DNA from: Roseibacillus sp.
GTDB lineage: Bacteria; Verrucomicrobiota; Verrucomicrobiia; Verrucomicrobiales; Akkermansiaceae
Assembly: GCA_965242925.1 (NCBI GenBank)
Contig: CBDEUM010000034.1
Coordinates: forward strand, 160,001-224,000
DNA: 64,000 nucleotides
Direction: 5' to 3'
Under the pieces are notes generated by a model, which did not search any database, was not told where the DNA came from, and was given only the letters and a program-made list of their open reading frames with translations. The translations under genes and the position numbers were made by a program. Below are positions 1 to 10,554 of this stretch, piece by piece. The stretch's first letter is position 1. Each line of letters opens with the position of its first letter.

Positions 1-1
1 T

Positions 2-376
2 GAGGTGGACGGCACCGATCTCCTTGCCTCGCTGGAGGTGATTTCCAAGGCGGTGAATGACGCCCGCGGGGGAGGGGGACCGCAACTCGTTGTAGCCAAC
101 CTGCTCCGCTTGAGTGGGCATGGTGAGCACGACGACGCATTCTATGTCCCCGAGACCCTGAAGAATTCATCGCTGGGGCGGGATTGCATGGCGGTCGCGG
201 AGCAGCAATTGCTCGCGGCGGGATTTCTCACCGAACCTGAAATCGAAGAATGGAAGACGGAGGCCGCTGAGGAAGTGCAGACCGCAGTGGCCCTTGCTCA
301 ACAGGAAGCCGCTCCGGATCCGTTCGCTGATGACTGGATCGTTTATGCCTCGCCTGAACTCGCTGAAGAATCGTAA
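2..376 (+). CDS. 2-oxoacid dehydrogenase E1 alpha subunit, C-terminal part (5' truncated by window)
   Basis: VDGTD...GGGPQLV..LLRLSGHGEHDD matches the E1-alpha R..GH...D loop; TAATG overlap with E1 beta. Confidence 0.88.
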   Translation, partial: EVDGTDLLASLEVISKAVNDARGGGGPQLVVANLLRLSGHGEHDDAFYVPETLKNSSLGRDCMAVAEQQLLAAGFLTEPEIEEWKTEAAEEVQTAVALAQQEAAPDPFADDWIVYASPELAEES

Positions 377-1350
377 TGGGAGAAGTCACCTACATCGATG
401 CCATACGCGAAGCGCAACACGATCTTCTCGCCGCCGATGATCGGGTCTTTATTTACGGACAGGATGTCGGCCACTTCGGGGGCGCCTTCAAGGCTACCCG
501 GGGCTTGAAGGATCTTTTCCCCGAACGGGTCATCGATTCCCCAATCAGCGAAGATGCTATGATCGGACTGGCAGTTGGGGCGGCCATTGAAGGGATGCGC
601 CCCATTATAGAGATGCAGTTTGCCGATTTCTCTTCGGTGGGCTTCAACCAGATCGTCAACCAGGCGGGAACCCACTTTTATCGAACCGGTGTTCCCGCTC
701 CCATTACGGTTCGCCTGCCCTGCGGCGGCACCCCGGGCTCGGGCCCCTTCCACAGCCAGATGATGGAGAGCGTCTATGCCTATTATCCCGGCCTGGTGGT
801 CGTGACGCCCGCCACGGTTGCCGATGCCTACTCGATGCTGATTGACGCAGTGGCTCTCGACGACCCCGTCCTCTTCTGCGAACACAAGTTTCTCTACCGT
901 TGGCTGAAGTCAGATAGACTGAAGGGCGATGACGAGCGCCTTCCCATCGGGCAGGCCCGCATTGTGCGCGCCGGCAAACATGCCTCCGTGGTTGCCTACA
1001 GTGCCATGGTGCACGAAGCCCTTCGTGCCGCCGAACTTCTCGCAGAGGAGGGCTGGGAAATCGAGGTGGTGGATCTGCGCAGCGTGAAACCCCTCGACAC
1101 CGACACCGTGATAGCCTCAGTGGCCCGAACCGGCCGACTCCTGGCAGTGGGAGAAGCCTTTCCCTGGGGCGGAGTCACCGCCGAGATCGTTTCCCGGGTG
1201 ACCAACGACGGATTTCATCTCCTCGACGCACCACCCCAGCGCTTAAATTCCCGCGACACCCCGGTGCCCTATCATCCCAACCTGTGGGAAGCCCATCGAC
1301 CTACCCTGGCGTCCATTTCGGCTGCTATCCGTAATCTGCTCCAACTTTAG
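376..1350 (+). CDS. 2-oxoacid dehydrogenase E1 beta subunit
   Basis: GQDVG..GGAFKAT.GL, DSPISE, EMQFADF, GPFHSQ, VDLRSVKPLD motifs. Confidence 0.95.
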   Translation: MGEVTYIDAIREAQHDLLAADDRVFIYGQDVGHFGGAFKATRGLKDLFPERVIDSPISEDAMIGLAVGAAIEGMRPIIEMQFADFSSVGFNQIVNQAGTHFYRTGVPAPITVRLPCGGTPGSGPFHSQMMESVYAYYPGLVVVTPATVADAYSMLIDAVALDDPVLFCEHKFLYRWLKSDRLKGDDERLPIGQARIVRAGKHASVVAYSAMVHEALRAAELLAEEGWEIEVVDLRSVKPLDTDTVIASVARTGRLLAVGEAFPWGGVTAEIVSRVTNDGFHLLDAPPQRLNSRDTPVPYHPNLWEAHRPTLASISAAIRNLLQL

Positions 1351-1368
1351 AGCCAACTGTTTAAGACC

Positions 1369-2595
1369 ATGCCTGAGGTTCCCATTCTGATGCCGCAACT
1401 CGGCGAATCAATCGCGGAGGCCACCATCATTCGCCTCAACATAACCGTGGGCGATGAAGTGGTGGCCGACCAGGAGGTCATCGAGGTCGAGACCAACAAG
1501 GCCACCATGGATGTTACTACCCTGTGTGGTGGCACCGTGCGCGAACTCCTCGTCGAAGAGGGAGTAAGCTATCCGATCGGAACCGTTCTCGGCCTCCTTG
1601 AGGTGACTGAAGAGGAGGCGATCCGAACCGGGGTCCAGGCGACGGGAACGACGGAGTCCTCCGAAACCACCTGCGAGGCCGACGAGGAGCCTCCCCGAGC
1701 CCACTTCGCAACTCCCGAAGGCGGTGCCCGCGAACCGCGTAAGGTGGAGCCCAGCATCCGGGGACTGTCGGTTCCGGCCGGCATGAAAGGGGCCCACTAC
1801 CTTTCTCCCCGCATGAAGGCCCGCATGGACGAACTCGGCCTGCGGGCGGCGGACATCTCCGCCATCGTGGGAAGTGGATCGGGTGGACGGGTCACCGTGG
1901 AGGATCTTGAGCAGTTTCTGGATTACGTCTCTACCTGGCCTTCCGGCCAGGCCTCGTCCATGCGCCTGTCAGTAGCCGACTCCATGCGGCGAAGTTGGAC
2001 ACGACCTCTGGCCTCGGTAGGTCGCCCGGTCGCGCTTGAGAACCTGCTTGATTACCGGCGCAGCCTCGACCCCAAACCGCCGCTGACGATTTTCCTGCTT
2101 CGTGCCTTTGGCAAGGCGTTGGCGGAACAACCGGCCTCCGCAGGCTATCTTATCGGCGAGCAGATCATCCCTCCCAGGGCCTTCGACATCGGAGTGGCAG
2201 TACAGGTTGAGGACGGCGTCCTGGTCCCCGTTCTTCGCAGGATCGACACCCGCACGATTGCAGAGTTGATGGAGGAATACCTCGACCTCGTCCGAAAGGC
2301 ACGCGAGCGGCGGGTTCCAGAGGAGAACATCGGCGGGGGAATCGCCACGGTCACCAACTTCGGAACCTTCGGCCTGATGTGGGGCACCCCCATTCCTCTG
2401 CCCAGTGAAACTCTCATTCTGGGAATCGGAGCCGGGGTGAAGAAGCCGGTCTGGTCTCAGGAAAAGGGAAGTTTTATTCCCGTTACCGAAGCAGATCTCA
2501 TGCTGACCTTTGATCACCGGGTGGTCGATGGGGGCGGGGCCGGCATGTTGCTCAATCGCTTGAACGAACTCCTCCAGGAACCGGAAAACCTCTGA
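1369..2595 (+). CDS. dihydrolipoamide acyltransferase (E2)
   Basis: Lipoyl domain (MPQLGES..ETNKA), subunit-binding domain (GSGSGGRVTVEDL), catalytic DHRVVDG. Confidence 0.93.
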   Translation: MPEVPILMPQLGESIAEATIIRLNITVGDEVVADQEVIEVETNKATMDVTTLCGGTVRELLVEEGVSYPIGTVLGLLEVTEEEAIRTGVQATGTTESSETTCEADEEPPRAHFATPEGGAREPRKVEPSIRGLSVPAGMKGAHYLSPRMKARMDELGLRAADISAIVGSGSGGRVTVEDLEQFLDYVSTWPSGQASSMRLSVADSMRRSWTRPLASVGRPVALENLLDYRRSLDPKPPLTIFLLRAFGKALAEQPASAGYLIGEQIIPPRAFDIGVAVQVEDGVLVPVLRRIDTRTIAELMEEYLDLVRKARERRVPEENIGGGIATVTNFGTFGLMWGTPIPLPSETLILGIGAGVKKPVWSQEKGSFIPVTEADLMLTFDHRVVDGGGAGMLLNRLNELLQEPENL

Positions 2596-2610
2596 CTCGA
2601 CGACAACCTG

Positions 2611-2940
2611 ATGAGCGAAGGATTACCTGAGGCCACCCAGCGGGTTGTTGAAACTCCCTATGGCAGGGCGGTGGGATCATCCTATCGGTGGGAGGGCGGG
2701 CAATACTGCGCGATCCACACGACCCGGGGTGTGGTGGGATGCGGTATTTTTGATATCGCCTGTGCCAATGAATTCGGCATGGCATTTGCAGTCGCCAAGG
2801 GCACCCGGGAACATCCGCTCCTTGATCCAGAGGACCTGTATGAAGCCTCCATCGTCCGGGTCAGTGAATCCGCCCGAGCGCTCGGCATTGAGGAAGGCAT
2901 GACGGGAAAGGAGGCCCTCGCGTGCATGCTGAGGGCTTGA
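2611..2940 (+). CDS. DUF1805/YunC-like protein
   Basis: GVVGCGIFDI...VS..A..LGI.EGM.GKEAL pattern; co-oriented 15 bp after E2. Confidence 0.7.
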   Translation: MSEGLPEATQRVVETPYGRAVGSSYRWEGGQYCAIHTTRGVVGCGIFDIACANEFGMAFAVAKGTREHPLLDPEDLYEASIVRVSESARALGIEEGMTGKEALACMLRA

Positions 2941-3001
2941 GTTCTCTAATCAGCAGGGGAATGGCTTGCCTCTCCCGGTTCCTTTGAGTCCTATTGGAGC
3001 A

Positions 3002-4378
3002 GTGAAAACCGCGGCTCATCTCATTGCGATTCTCATTCTGGTCGCCACCCTGGTGGGAAGCCCGGATCTTCAGGCGGAACTTCGGGAATTTACTGACGTC
3101 AAAGGGCGCAAAATCACTGCCGAACTCCTCGGGTTGAGTGGCAAGTCCAAGGTGAACCTCCGCATGGAAAATGGAAAAATGGTCACCGTGGCCCTTGAAC
3201 GGCTCAGCACGGTCGACCAGGGCTATATTAAAGCTCATCCCTCGGCGAAGCTGACACCCTTAACACTACCGGAGCAGGCGCTCGTGGCCGTGAAGGAATG
3301 GAATGAAAAACTTCAGCAAGATGAATCCTATTTCATCAATATCGCGGGTCAACGAGCGTTCCGCCGGTCCATCAAGAAGATCCACCACGATGGCTTCGCC
3401 AGCGGCCTCTGGCAATTTGCGGTGGTTGAAGGCCCGCATCTGGGAGTTCTCGATGCAAAGGGAATGGCCATGTTTGGGGTATCCCGGGTAGGCCCTACCG
3501 GGCTGCAGGCCGGCTCTGATGCGCCCATCTTTCTGGCGCGTTACGGAACGGGCGACACAGCCTACGTGCAATATCTTCGCAAGGACGGCAAACCCTTCAT
3601 CAAGACCAGGTTTGCCGGAGGGCGCCCGTTCAACAGCGAACGAGCCTGGGTCAACCTGGAGACCGCTGACCGCCCCGGTAGCAACGGGCGGGGAAACGGC
3701 ACCTGGACTCTCATCGATTACCAGGGCAATCTGCTCCATGCTTTCGAGGATCTGACCGTGAATGACTTTTCCGGGGGGCGCGCCGGGGTGTCTCTTGATG
3801 TTCGCTCCACTGAATGGGCAATTATCAATACAGATGCTGACGTGATTGCCGAGGGCCCGTTCCGCCGGGTTGGAAGATTCATCAATGGGGCCGCCGTGGT
3901 GGATGGACGCCTCATGAACCGGGATGGTGAATGGCTCATGGAGAAAAAGGGGGAGTGGCAGATCGAACGGCGCTATGAGAATTCCGAGAGCGATGCGGTG
4001 GTGGCCAGAAGGACCAGACGCATCCCCGGCAAACCCCGCTTCGGAATCCTACGCCGGTCGACCGGCAAGTTCATCGCAGATGTGCCCGACGAGTATTATG
4101 TCGACCGTGGATTCTTTAACGGTTTGGCGGTCGTTCGCGATCTCAAGACCCAGAATTTCGGCTACCTTTCCAGGACCGGTGAACTGATCATTCCTGCGAA
4201 CTTCGCCAGGGCCGAACCGTTCAGGGGCGGCTACGCCCATGTCTCTCTCGAGCAACTCTATGACCAGGCTGTCATCAATCTGGCCGGAGAAGTGATCTGG
4301 AAGGCCCACCTGCAGGAAATAGCGGTTCCAGAGGAAAAGGAACCCGAAGAAGCCGGGCGAAAAAGCCATTCCACCTAA
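3002..4378 (+). CDS. secreted SHD1-domain / WG-repeat-like protein
   Basis: Signal peptide; REFTDVKGRKITAELL...LERLSTVDQGYI (SHD1-like); repeated F..G.A.V / FGYL..TGE.IIP units; GTG start at 3002 chosen, ORF open from 2966. Confidence 0.7.
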   Translation: MKTAAHLIAILILVATLVGSPDLQAELREFTDVKGRKITAELLGLSGKSKVNLRMENGKMVTVALERLSTVDQGYIKAHPSAKLTPLTLPEQALVAVKEWNEKLQQDESYFINIAGQRAFRRSIKKIHHDGFASGLWQFAVVEGPHLGVLDAKGMAMFGVSRVGPTGLQAGSDAPIFLARYGTGDTAYVQYLRKDGKPFIKTRFAGGRPFNSERAWVNLETADRPGSNGRGNGTWTLIDYQGNLLHAFEDLTVNDFSGGRAGVSLDVRSTEWAIINTDADVIAEGPFRRVGRFINGAAVVDGRLMNRDGEWLMEKKGEWQIERRYENSESDAVVARRTRRIPGKPRFGILRRSTGKFIADVPDEYYVDRGFFNGLAVVRDLKTQNFGYLSRTGELIIPANFARAEPFRGGYAHVSLEQLYDQAVINLAGEVIWKAHLQEIAVPEEKEPEEAGRKSHST

Positions 4379-4722
4379 GTAGTATTCTTCCGCTTAAAGG
4401 TGGGAGAAACGTGTCGAAAGGGGGTCTAACTGACCGTTTCTGGAATCCGCATTACATATATTGTGTGAACTTATCAAATCTTAGTCTCCCTTGGTTGATC
4501 TCGTTCAGAGGCCTCTCCCAATTGTCCTTTTCACCACCTGGAAACCCACGCCTTTGTCTATTTCGGCAAGAATGGACGAGCGCCCCGTGGCGCCCATCAG
4601 GCAACCGGTACAAATCAGCAATTCTGCCTTTTCCCATTTCCGGTTCGCAATTCGCACCACCTTGGGAGAATCTCTTGCCGTTCCCGGGTCACGGCTTCTG
4701 CGCGGGTGAACTAATTGGCTCC

Positions 4723-5520
4723 ATGAAGGTCATTGCGATTGCAAACCAGAAAGGCGGCGTCGGTAAAACCACTACCGCCGTCAACATCTCTTCGGCCCTC
4801 GCGCGTCGAGGTCAGCGGATTCTTCTGATCGATCTTGATCCTCAGGCCAACGCCACCAGCGGCCTCGGCGTCGACCCCGAAAAGGCTGAAAATGGCAGTA
4901 TTTACAGCGTTTTACTCGGCGACAGCACTCTCGAATCTAAGATTCAGGAAACGCCCCGCCAGAATCTCTCTATCATCCCCTCTGAAATGAATCTGGCCGG
5001 CGTAGAGATTGAACTGGCCCGCATGGATGACCACCTCCTTATCCTGCAGGGAATCCTCCGCCAGGCAAAGAAACGCCGTAAATTTGACTTTTGCATCCTG
5101 GATACGCCCCCTTCTCTCGGCGTCCTCATGACTTCTGCTCTCTCCGCAGCCGACGAGGTCCTTGTTCCGCTGCAATGCGAGTGGTTTGGCCTCGAGGGAC
5201 TCTCCAAGATCCTCCATGTCATCGACCAGATTCGCGATTCAGGAGTCAATCCCCGCCTGAAAATTGAGGGGATCCTCATGACCATGTATGACGGGCGCAC
5301 CAATCTTTCCCGCAAAGTTGTTCAAGAGGTCAAGAGCTACTTCCCCGAGTGGCTTTACCGCAGCGTGATCCCACGAACCATCCGACTTGGTGAAGCCCCC
5401 AGTCACGGCAAGACCATTTTTGAATGGGATCCTCACGGCACCGGTAGCGAGGCTTATGACGCGGCCGCCAAGGAGTTCCTCCGCCGCCATCAAGTCAGGC
5501 CGGCGCCGGTGGCTGCCTGA
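4723..5520 (+). CDS. parA: ParA/Soj family ATPase
   Basis: IANQKGGVGKTT deviant Walker A, DLDPQAN, DTPPSLG, MYDGRT, IPRTIRLGEAPSHG. Confidence 0.93.
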   Translation: MKVIAIANQKGGVGKTTTAVNISSALARRGQRILLIDLDPQANATSGLGVDPEKAENGSIYSVLLGDSTLESKIQETPRQNLSIIPSEMNLAGVEIELARMDDHLLILQGILRQAKKRRKFDFCILDTPPSLGVLMTSALSAADEVLVPLQCEWFGLEGLSKILHVIDQIRDSGVNPRLKIEGILMTMYDGRTNLSRKVVQEVKSYFPEWLYRSVIPRTIRLGEAPSHGKTIFEWDPHGTGSEAYDAAAKEFLRRHQVRPAPVAA

Positions 5521-5595
5521 AGCGTGTCGAGTCAGGGCGCCTGTCTGAAAAGGAGGCAGTTGGGTGTATTTTTACGAGAACGCCCAGCCGGGGCC

Positions 5596-5604
5596 TGTGC
5601 ATAA
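5596..5604 (-). promoter_or_regulatory. DnaA box upstream of mreB
   Basis: TGTGCATAA is the reverse complement of TTATGCACA, an exact match to TTWTNCACA, in an intergenic region. Confidence 0.45.
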
Positions 5605-5843
5605 CTCGCCCTTCCGGACCTCGTCCGACTCCAATTCCCCCCACCCTGCCCTTGGCCACCCGGGCGCCGGAGGAAACGTCCTGATCGCCGCAAGCCCCCC
5701 TTCAATCCGGCGGAGATTTTTCTGCTCTTGTGGCCCTTGCGAAAATTTCTTCCGGTTTGAGCGTAATGCCTGAGGGAAGGCTTGCACCCCGGATTGGGGC
5801 AGCTAAAAACATTTCAGCTTTCTAAACCTTCTCTCCACTTGGC

Positions 5844-6869
<1,026 letters not shown>

Positions 6870-6911
6870 GCAACAAGTTAGATTGCGTCCACCTCCAGAC
6901 GCATCCCTGCC

Positions 6912-7730
6912 ATGAAACCAATCAACTTCTTCGCGCTCGTGTTCTTCCTGTGGGGAGTGATCTGGGTGCTGACGCTGAGTGAGGGGACGGTTCGGGGGAT
7001 CCAGCAGACCTACTACGGAACGATCTCACCGTTCCTCAAGGCCGGATCAGCGATGGACATGAAGGCACGGGATTTTTTGGAGGAAATCGAGAACTCCAAG
7101 GACCTCGGAAACCAGCTCAGGGCCTTAGAGGAGGAATATGTAAAGCTCCGTTCAATCGAAGGGCGCCTGCGGGAACTGGAGTCGGAGAACAACGAGCTCC
7201 GGCGGGCACTCGAGTTCAAGGAAAAGCAGCGCCTCAATGTCATTGCCGCACGCGTCATCAAACGGCAGCCCTCCACCTGGTGGGAGACCGCCATCATTGA
7301 CCGCGGACAGTCCTCGGACATCGGTGCCGGTGTTCCGATCATCGCCCCGGGGGGGTTGGCCGGCAAGGTCGACATCGCATCGGAGGACACCTGCAGCATA
7401 ATCCTCCTGACTGACGAACGCTGTCAGGTCTCCGTTCAGGTTGCGGGCACGCCGGAGACAGGCATTCTTCATGGTGGACGGGGACGCTACGGGGAGGAGC
7501 CCAGACTCATCCTGCGACATCTTTCCCGGGAAGCAGCCATCCTCCCGGGCATGAAGGTGATCACCACTGGCAAGGGTGGGCTGTTCCCTTCCAATCTTCT
7601 GGTAGGTACGGTCAAGGAATACACCCCCGGACCGGTGGAAGGCGTGGCCCTTGTGCAGCCTTCCGTCAACTTCAATGAACTGGGGGTGGTCTTCGTCATC
7701 GCTCACAGGACCGAGGAAGAGGAGGGATAG
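6912..7730 (+). CDS. mreC: rod shape-determining protein MreC
   Basis: N-terminal TM, coiled coil ENNELRRAL, IIDRG, VITTGKGGLFP; follows mreB. Confidence 0.92.
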   Translation: MKPINFFALVFFLWGVIWVLTLSEGTVRGIQQTYYGTISPFLKAGSAMDMKARDFLEEIENSKDLGNQLRALEEEYVKLRSIEGRLRELESENNELRRALEFKEKQRLNVIAARVIKRQPSTWWETAIIDRGQSSDIGAGVPIIAPGGLAGKVDIASEDTCSIILLTDERCQVSVQVAGTPETGILHGGRGRYGEEPRLILRHLSREAAILPGMKVITTGKGGLFPSNLLVGTVKEYTPGPVEGVALVQPSVNFNELGVVFVIAHRTEEEEG

Positions 7731-7733
7731 GGC

Positions 7734-8336
7734 ATGGGCTGGTATCATCTGAGCCTGGTATGTCTGCTCGTCACCGCCTGCATCCTTCAACAGTTCTCCC
7801 CCGCCTTCGAATCGCTCTACGAAGGGAGGATTCTGGTGGTCCCTCTTGTTTTCCTCTGCGCCGCAGTGACCGTTCATGCGGGCCCCATGTTGTTGCTGGC
7901 CTTCATCGGGGGATTCCTCTGGGATGCCCAGCATGTCATCACCCCTCCGGTAGAGGAGTTGCGGGGCAACCCGGAAGTCTATATCGATCCAAATGAAGAT
8001 GTGATATTCGGTTACTCCATCATTCTTTACGCCTTGATGGGGTTCTTCATGCAGGGCATCCAACCCCTCTTTCGCGAAGGCAAGTGGCACATCTCGGCGC
8101 TCTTGTCCGGTGTGGCTATCTTTCTTTACCTTGCTGTCGAGTATCTCTTTATCACGTTTGTCCGTGGCGACCTGGTGCTGACCCGTAGTCTCTTTCTGAA
8201 AATCAGTTTCACCTCCCTTCTGACGATGTTCCTCTGTCCCGTAGTGTTCTGGGCCCTTTATGGCTTGGCTGGCCTGTTCCATCACACCATCAGCTACGAA
8301 GGACTGACGGCCACCCGGCGTGGTGCCGGGGACTAG
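7734..8336 (+). CDS. mreD: MreD-like membrane protein
   Basis: Multi-TM protein with AFIGGFLWD motif between mreC and mrdA. Confidence 0.75.
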   Translation: MGWYHLSLVCLLVTACILQQFSPAFESLYEGRILVVPLVFLCAAVTVHAGPMLLLAFIGGFLWDAQHVITPPVEELRGNPEVYIDPNEDVIFGYSIILYALMGFFMQGIQPLFREGKWHISALLSGVAIFLYLAVEYLFITFVRGDLVLTRSLFLKISFTSLLTMFLCPVVFWALYGLAGLFHHTISYEGLTATRRGAGD

Positions 8337-8349
8337 CCTCTCACTCCCC

Positions 8350-10491
8350 ATGGAATCCCGCTACCGTTTCCGGCTCTACCTGCTGACTGCCATTATCCTG
8401 TCGGGGGCGGGGACTCTGCTCAGTCGTCTCTTCGATTACCAGATTCTGGAAACTGATTATTACCGGAAGCTCATCCCCGGAGAGACTACGATCTCTATCA
8501 GGGATCCCGGCGTGCGCGGGACTATCGTCGATCGCAACGGTGAACTGCTGGCCAAGAATCTTCGCAACTACGAACTGGTCCTCAACCTCGATGAGATCCA
8601 CCACGAGTGGGAGCGGCAGCATTCGGAGGATCAGCGACCCGGCCGAAGACAGATCGGGATGGCCGTGCCCACCTCCGAACGCAGTCGCGAGATTGTCCAG
8701 ATTGTCAAAGACGGTATTGTTCCGCGCTTGCGTCACCATGGGATCGAGGTGCGCTACAGCTCTGTGGCCCTTCAGAAGCACTACGTGACTCACGGTGGTC
8801 TTATCCCCTTCACCTTTCCGGTGGATCTCACCTACGAGCAGTTCGCACGCCTCGCGGAACACAACCTGGAGATGGCCGGGGTCTATGTCACGGTCCGTCC
8901 CCGGCGAAGATATCCCTACGGCACCCTCGCCTGCCACATCCTGGGCTACCTCAAGCAGTGGGAGAAAGGCGACATTCCTGCAGAGGCAAAGAAGAGATAC
9001 AACCATTACCTTGGGGACGCCATGGGCTGTGCCGGCATTGAAGCCACCATGGACGACTACCTGCGAGGATCACCTGGACGGCGTGTCCTGCGAAAAAACG
9101 AAAAGGGGCGTATCCTCGGTGAAGTGCTGGACGAACGAGTGGCTCCGGATCAGGGCTGCCAGGTCATGCTGACCATCGATGCCCGATCGCAGTTTCTCGT
9201 GGAGAACGTCTTGCGCAAGGCCGGTCGAGTGGCCGCCGTCGTGATGGATGTCAACACCGGGGAGATCCTCTCGATGGCCTCCGTGCCGAACTACAACCCG
9301 AATGAATTCATTCCCAGTATCGATGCAGGAAAATGGGAGAGCTATAAGGCGAACAAGGCCTATCCGTTGATCAACAGGGCCATTTCCAGTTTTACTCCCG
9401 GTTCCACCTTCAAGCTCCCCACCGCGGTAGCAGCCTGCATGCACGACAAGGGTGATTTCACCCACAGGTGTGTGGGGCATCTTCGCTACGGACGGACCGG
9501 AAGGCTGAAAATCCGGTGCTGGAAAACCGTGGGACACGGTTCTTTGGTCCTGGCCAATGCCATTCAGCGCTCGTGCAATCCCTACTTCATGCAACTTTCC
9601 AACGAGGTTGGTGACACCAGGATGGCCGATAGCTTCGCTCTGCTCAACCTGGGCCTTCCAACCGGCATCAAACTGCCGGCCGAGGACCAGGGGATCATTC
9701 CAGGCAGTGCCTGGTGGCGCCGGGAACTCCATCCCGGGGAATCGATGACTCCCGCGAGGATGGCCATGCTCGCCATCGGACAGGACGAATGCGAAGCCAC
9801 CCCCCTGCAGATGGCTGCCCTCGTCGCCTGCATCGCCAATGGAGGCAAATACTATCGTCCCCGTCTCATAAAGAGGGTGGTGGATCCCAAGGAAGGCGTC
9901 CAGGTCAGTGACATTCCCGAACTCAAAGTCGACCTCATGGCGGAGGGGATGAACCGCGATCAGTTCGAAAATATCCGCCTTGGCATGTGGAAGGCGGCCA
10001 ACGAACCGGGAGGAACCGCCCGACGTGCCTCTCCCCGGGACGTTGAGATTGGAGCCAAGACTGGAACGGCCCAGACCACCGACTTTGGCAAGAAATCCCA
10101 CAATGCATGGACTGTTGCCTTCGGCCCTTTCGATCAACCCAGATATGCCATCGCGGTGGTGGTGCAGAATGGGAAGTCCGGGGGCAAGGTAGCCGGTCCC
10201 CTCGTTCGCCTGATTTTCCGTGGACTCTTTGCCGCCGAAGGAGGTCTCAAGCTCCCACTGCGCAGGATGGGGGAAGTAGCAGGCAATTCTGAACCCATCG
10301 AGGAAATAGCCCTTCCTGAAGGAGATCTTCTAACCCTCGCTATTGACGAAGAGGGCGAAACAGGCGAGGAAGCAGCGGAGGCTCAGCTTCCGGGGACACC
10401 CGTCCGGGTGCGACCCCGCGCAATCCCCCTCCCTTCCATCACGCCCGACGCAGACTCGGGAACCTCTCCGAACCGGCAAAACCGACCCTGA
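8350..10491 (+). CDS. mrdA: penicillin-binding protein 2 (transpeptidase)
   Basis: RGTIVDRNG, RRYPYG, PGSTFK (SxxK), SCN (SxN), KTGTAQ. Confidence 0.93.
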   Translation: MESRYRFRLYLLTAIILSGAGTLLSRLFDYQILETDYYRKLIPGETTISIRDPGVRGTIVDRNGELLAKNLRNYELVLNLDEIHHEWERQHSEDQRPGRRQIGMAVPTSERSREIVQIVKDGIVPRLRHHGIEVRYSSVALQKHYVTHGGLIPFTFPVDLTYEQFARLAEHNLEMAGVYVTVRPRRRYPYGTLACHILGYLKQWEKGDIPAEAKKRYNHYLGDAMGCAGIEATMDDYLRGSPGRRVLRKNEKGRILGEVLDERVAPDQGCQVMLTIDARSQFLVENVLRKAGRVAAVVMDVNTGEILSMASVPNYNPNEFIPSIDAGKWESYKANKAYPLINRAISSFTPGSTFKLPTAVAACMHDKGDFTHRCVGHLRYGRTGRLKIRCWKTVGHGSLVLANAIQRSCNPYFMQLSNEVGDTRMADSFALLNLGLPTGIKLPAEDQGIIPGSAWWRRELHPGESMTPARMAMLAIGQDECEATPLQMAALVACIANGGKYYRPRLIKRVVDPKEGVQVSDIPELKVDLMAEGMNRDQFENIRLGMWKAANEPGGTARRASPRDVEIGAKTGTAQTTDFGKKSHNAWTVAFGPFDQPRYAIAVVVQNGKSGGKVAGPLVRLIFRGLFAAEGGLKLPLRRMGEVAGNSEPIEEIALPEGDLLTLAIDEEGETGEEAAEAQLPGTPVRVRPRAIPLPSITPDADSGTSPNRQNRP

Positions 10492-10554
10492 TCGAACTGA
10501 TGATCATGGGTGCATTCACCGGCTCAAAGACAACCTCCAAATCATTTCCAGACC

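Noticed and set aside
4411..4722. Long N-terminal extensions from the ORF track (parA, trpD, redoxin, mdh, yebC, apaG, dnaA)
   Set aside because: Family motifs begin at downstream starts that often have adjacent promoter or RBS signals; several extensions overlap neighbouring genes
4379..5843. parS sites near parA
   Set aside because: No TGTTTCACGTGAAACA-like palindrome found by eye here or near the second parA
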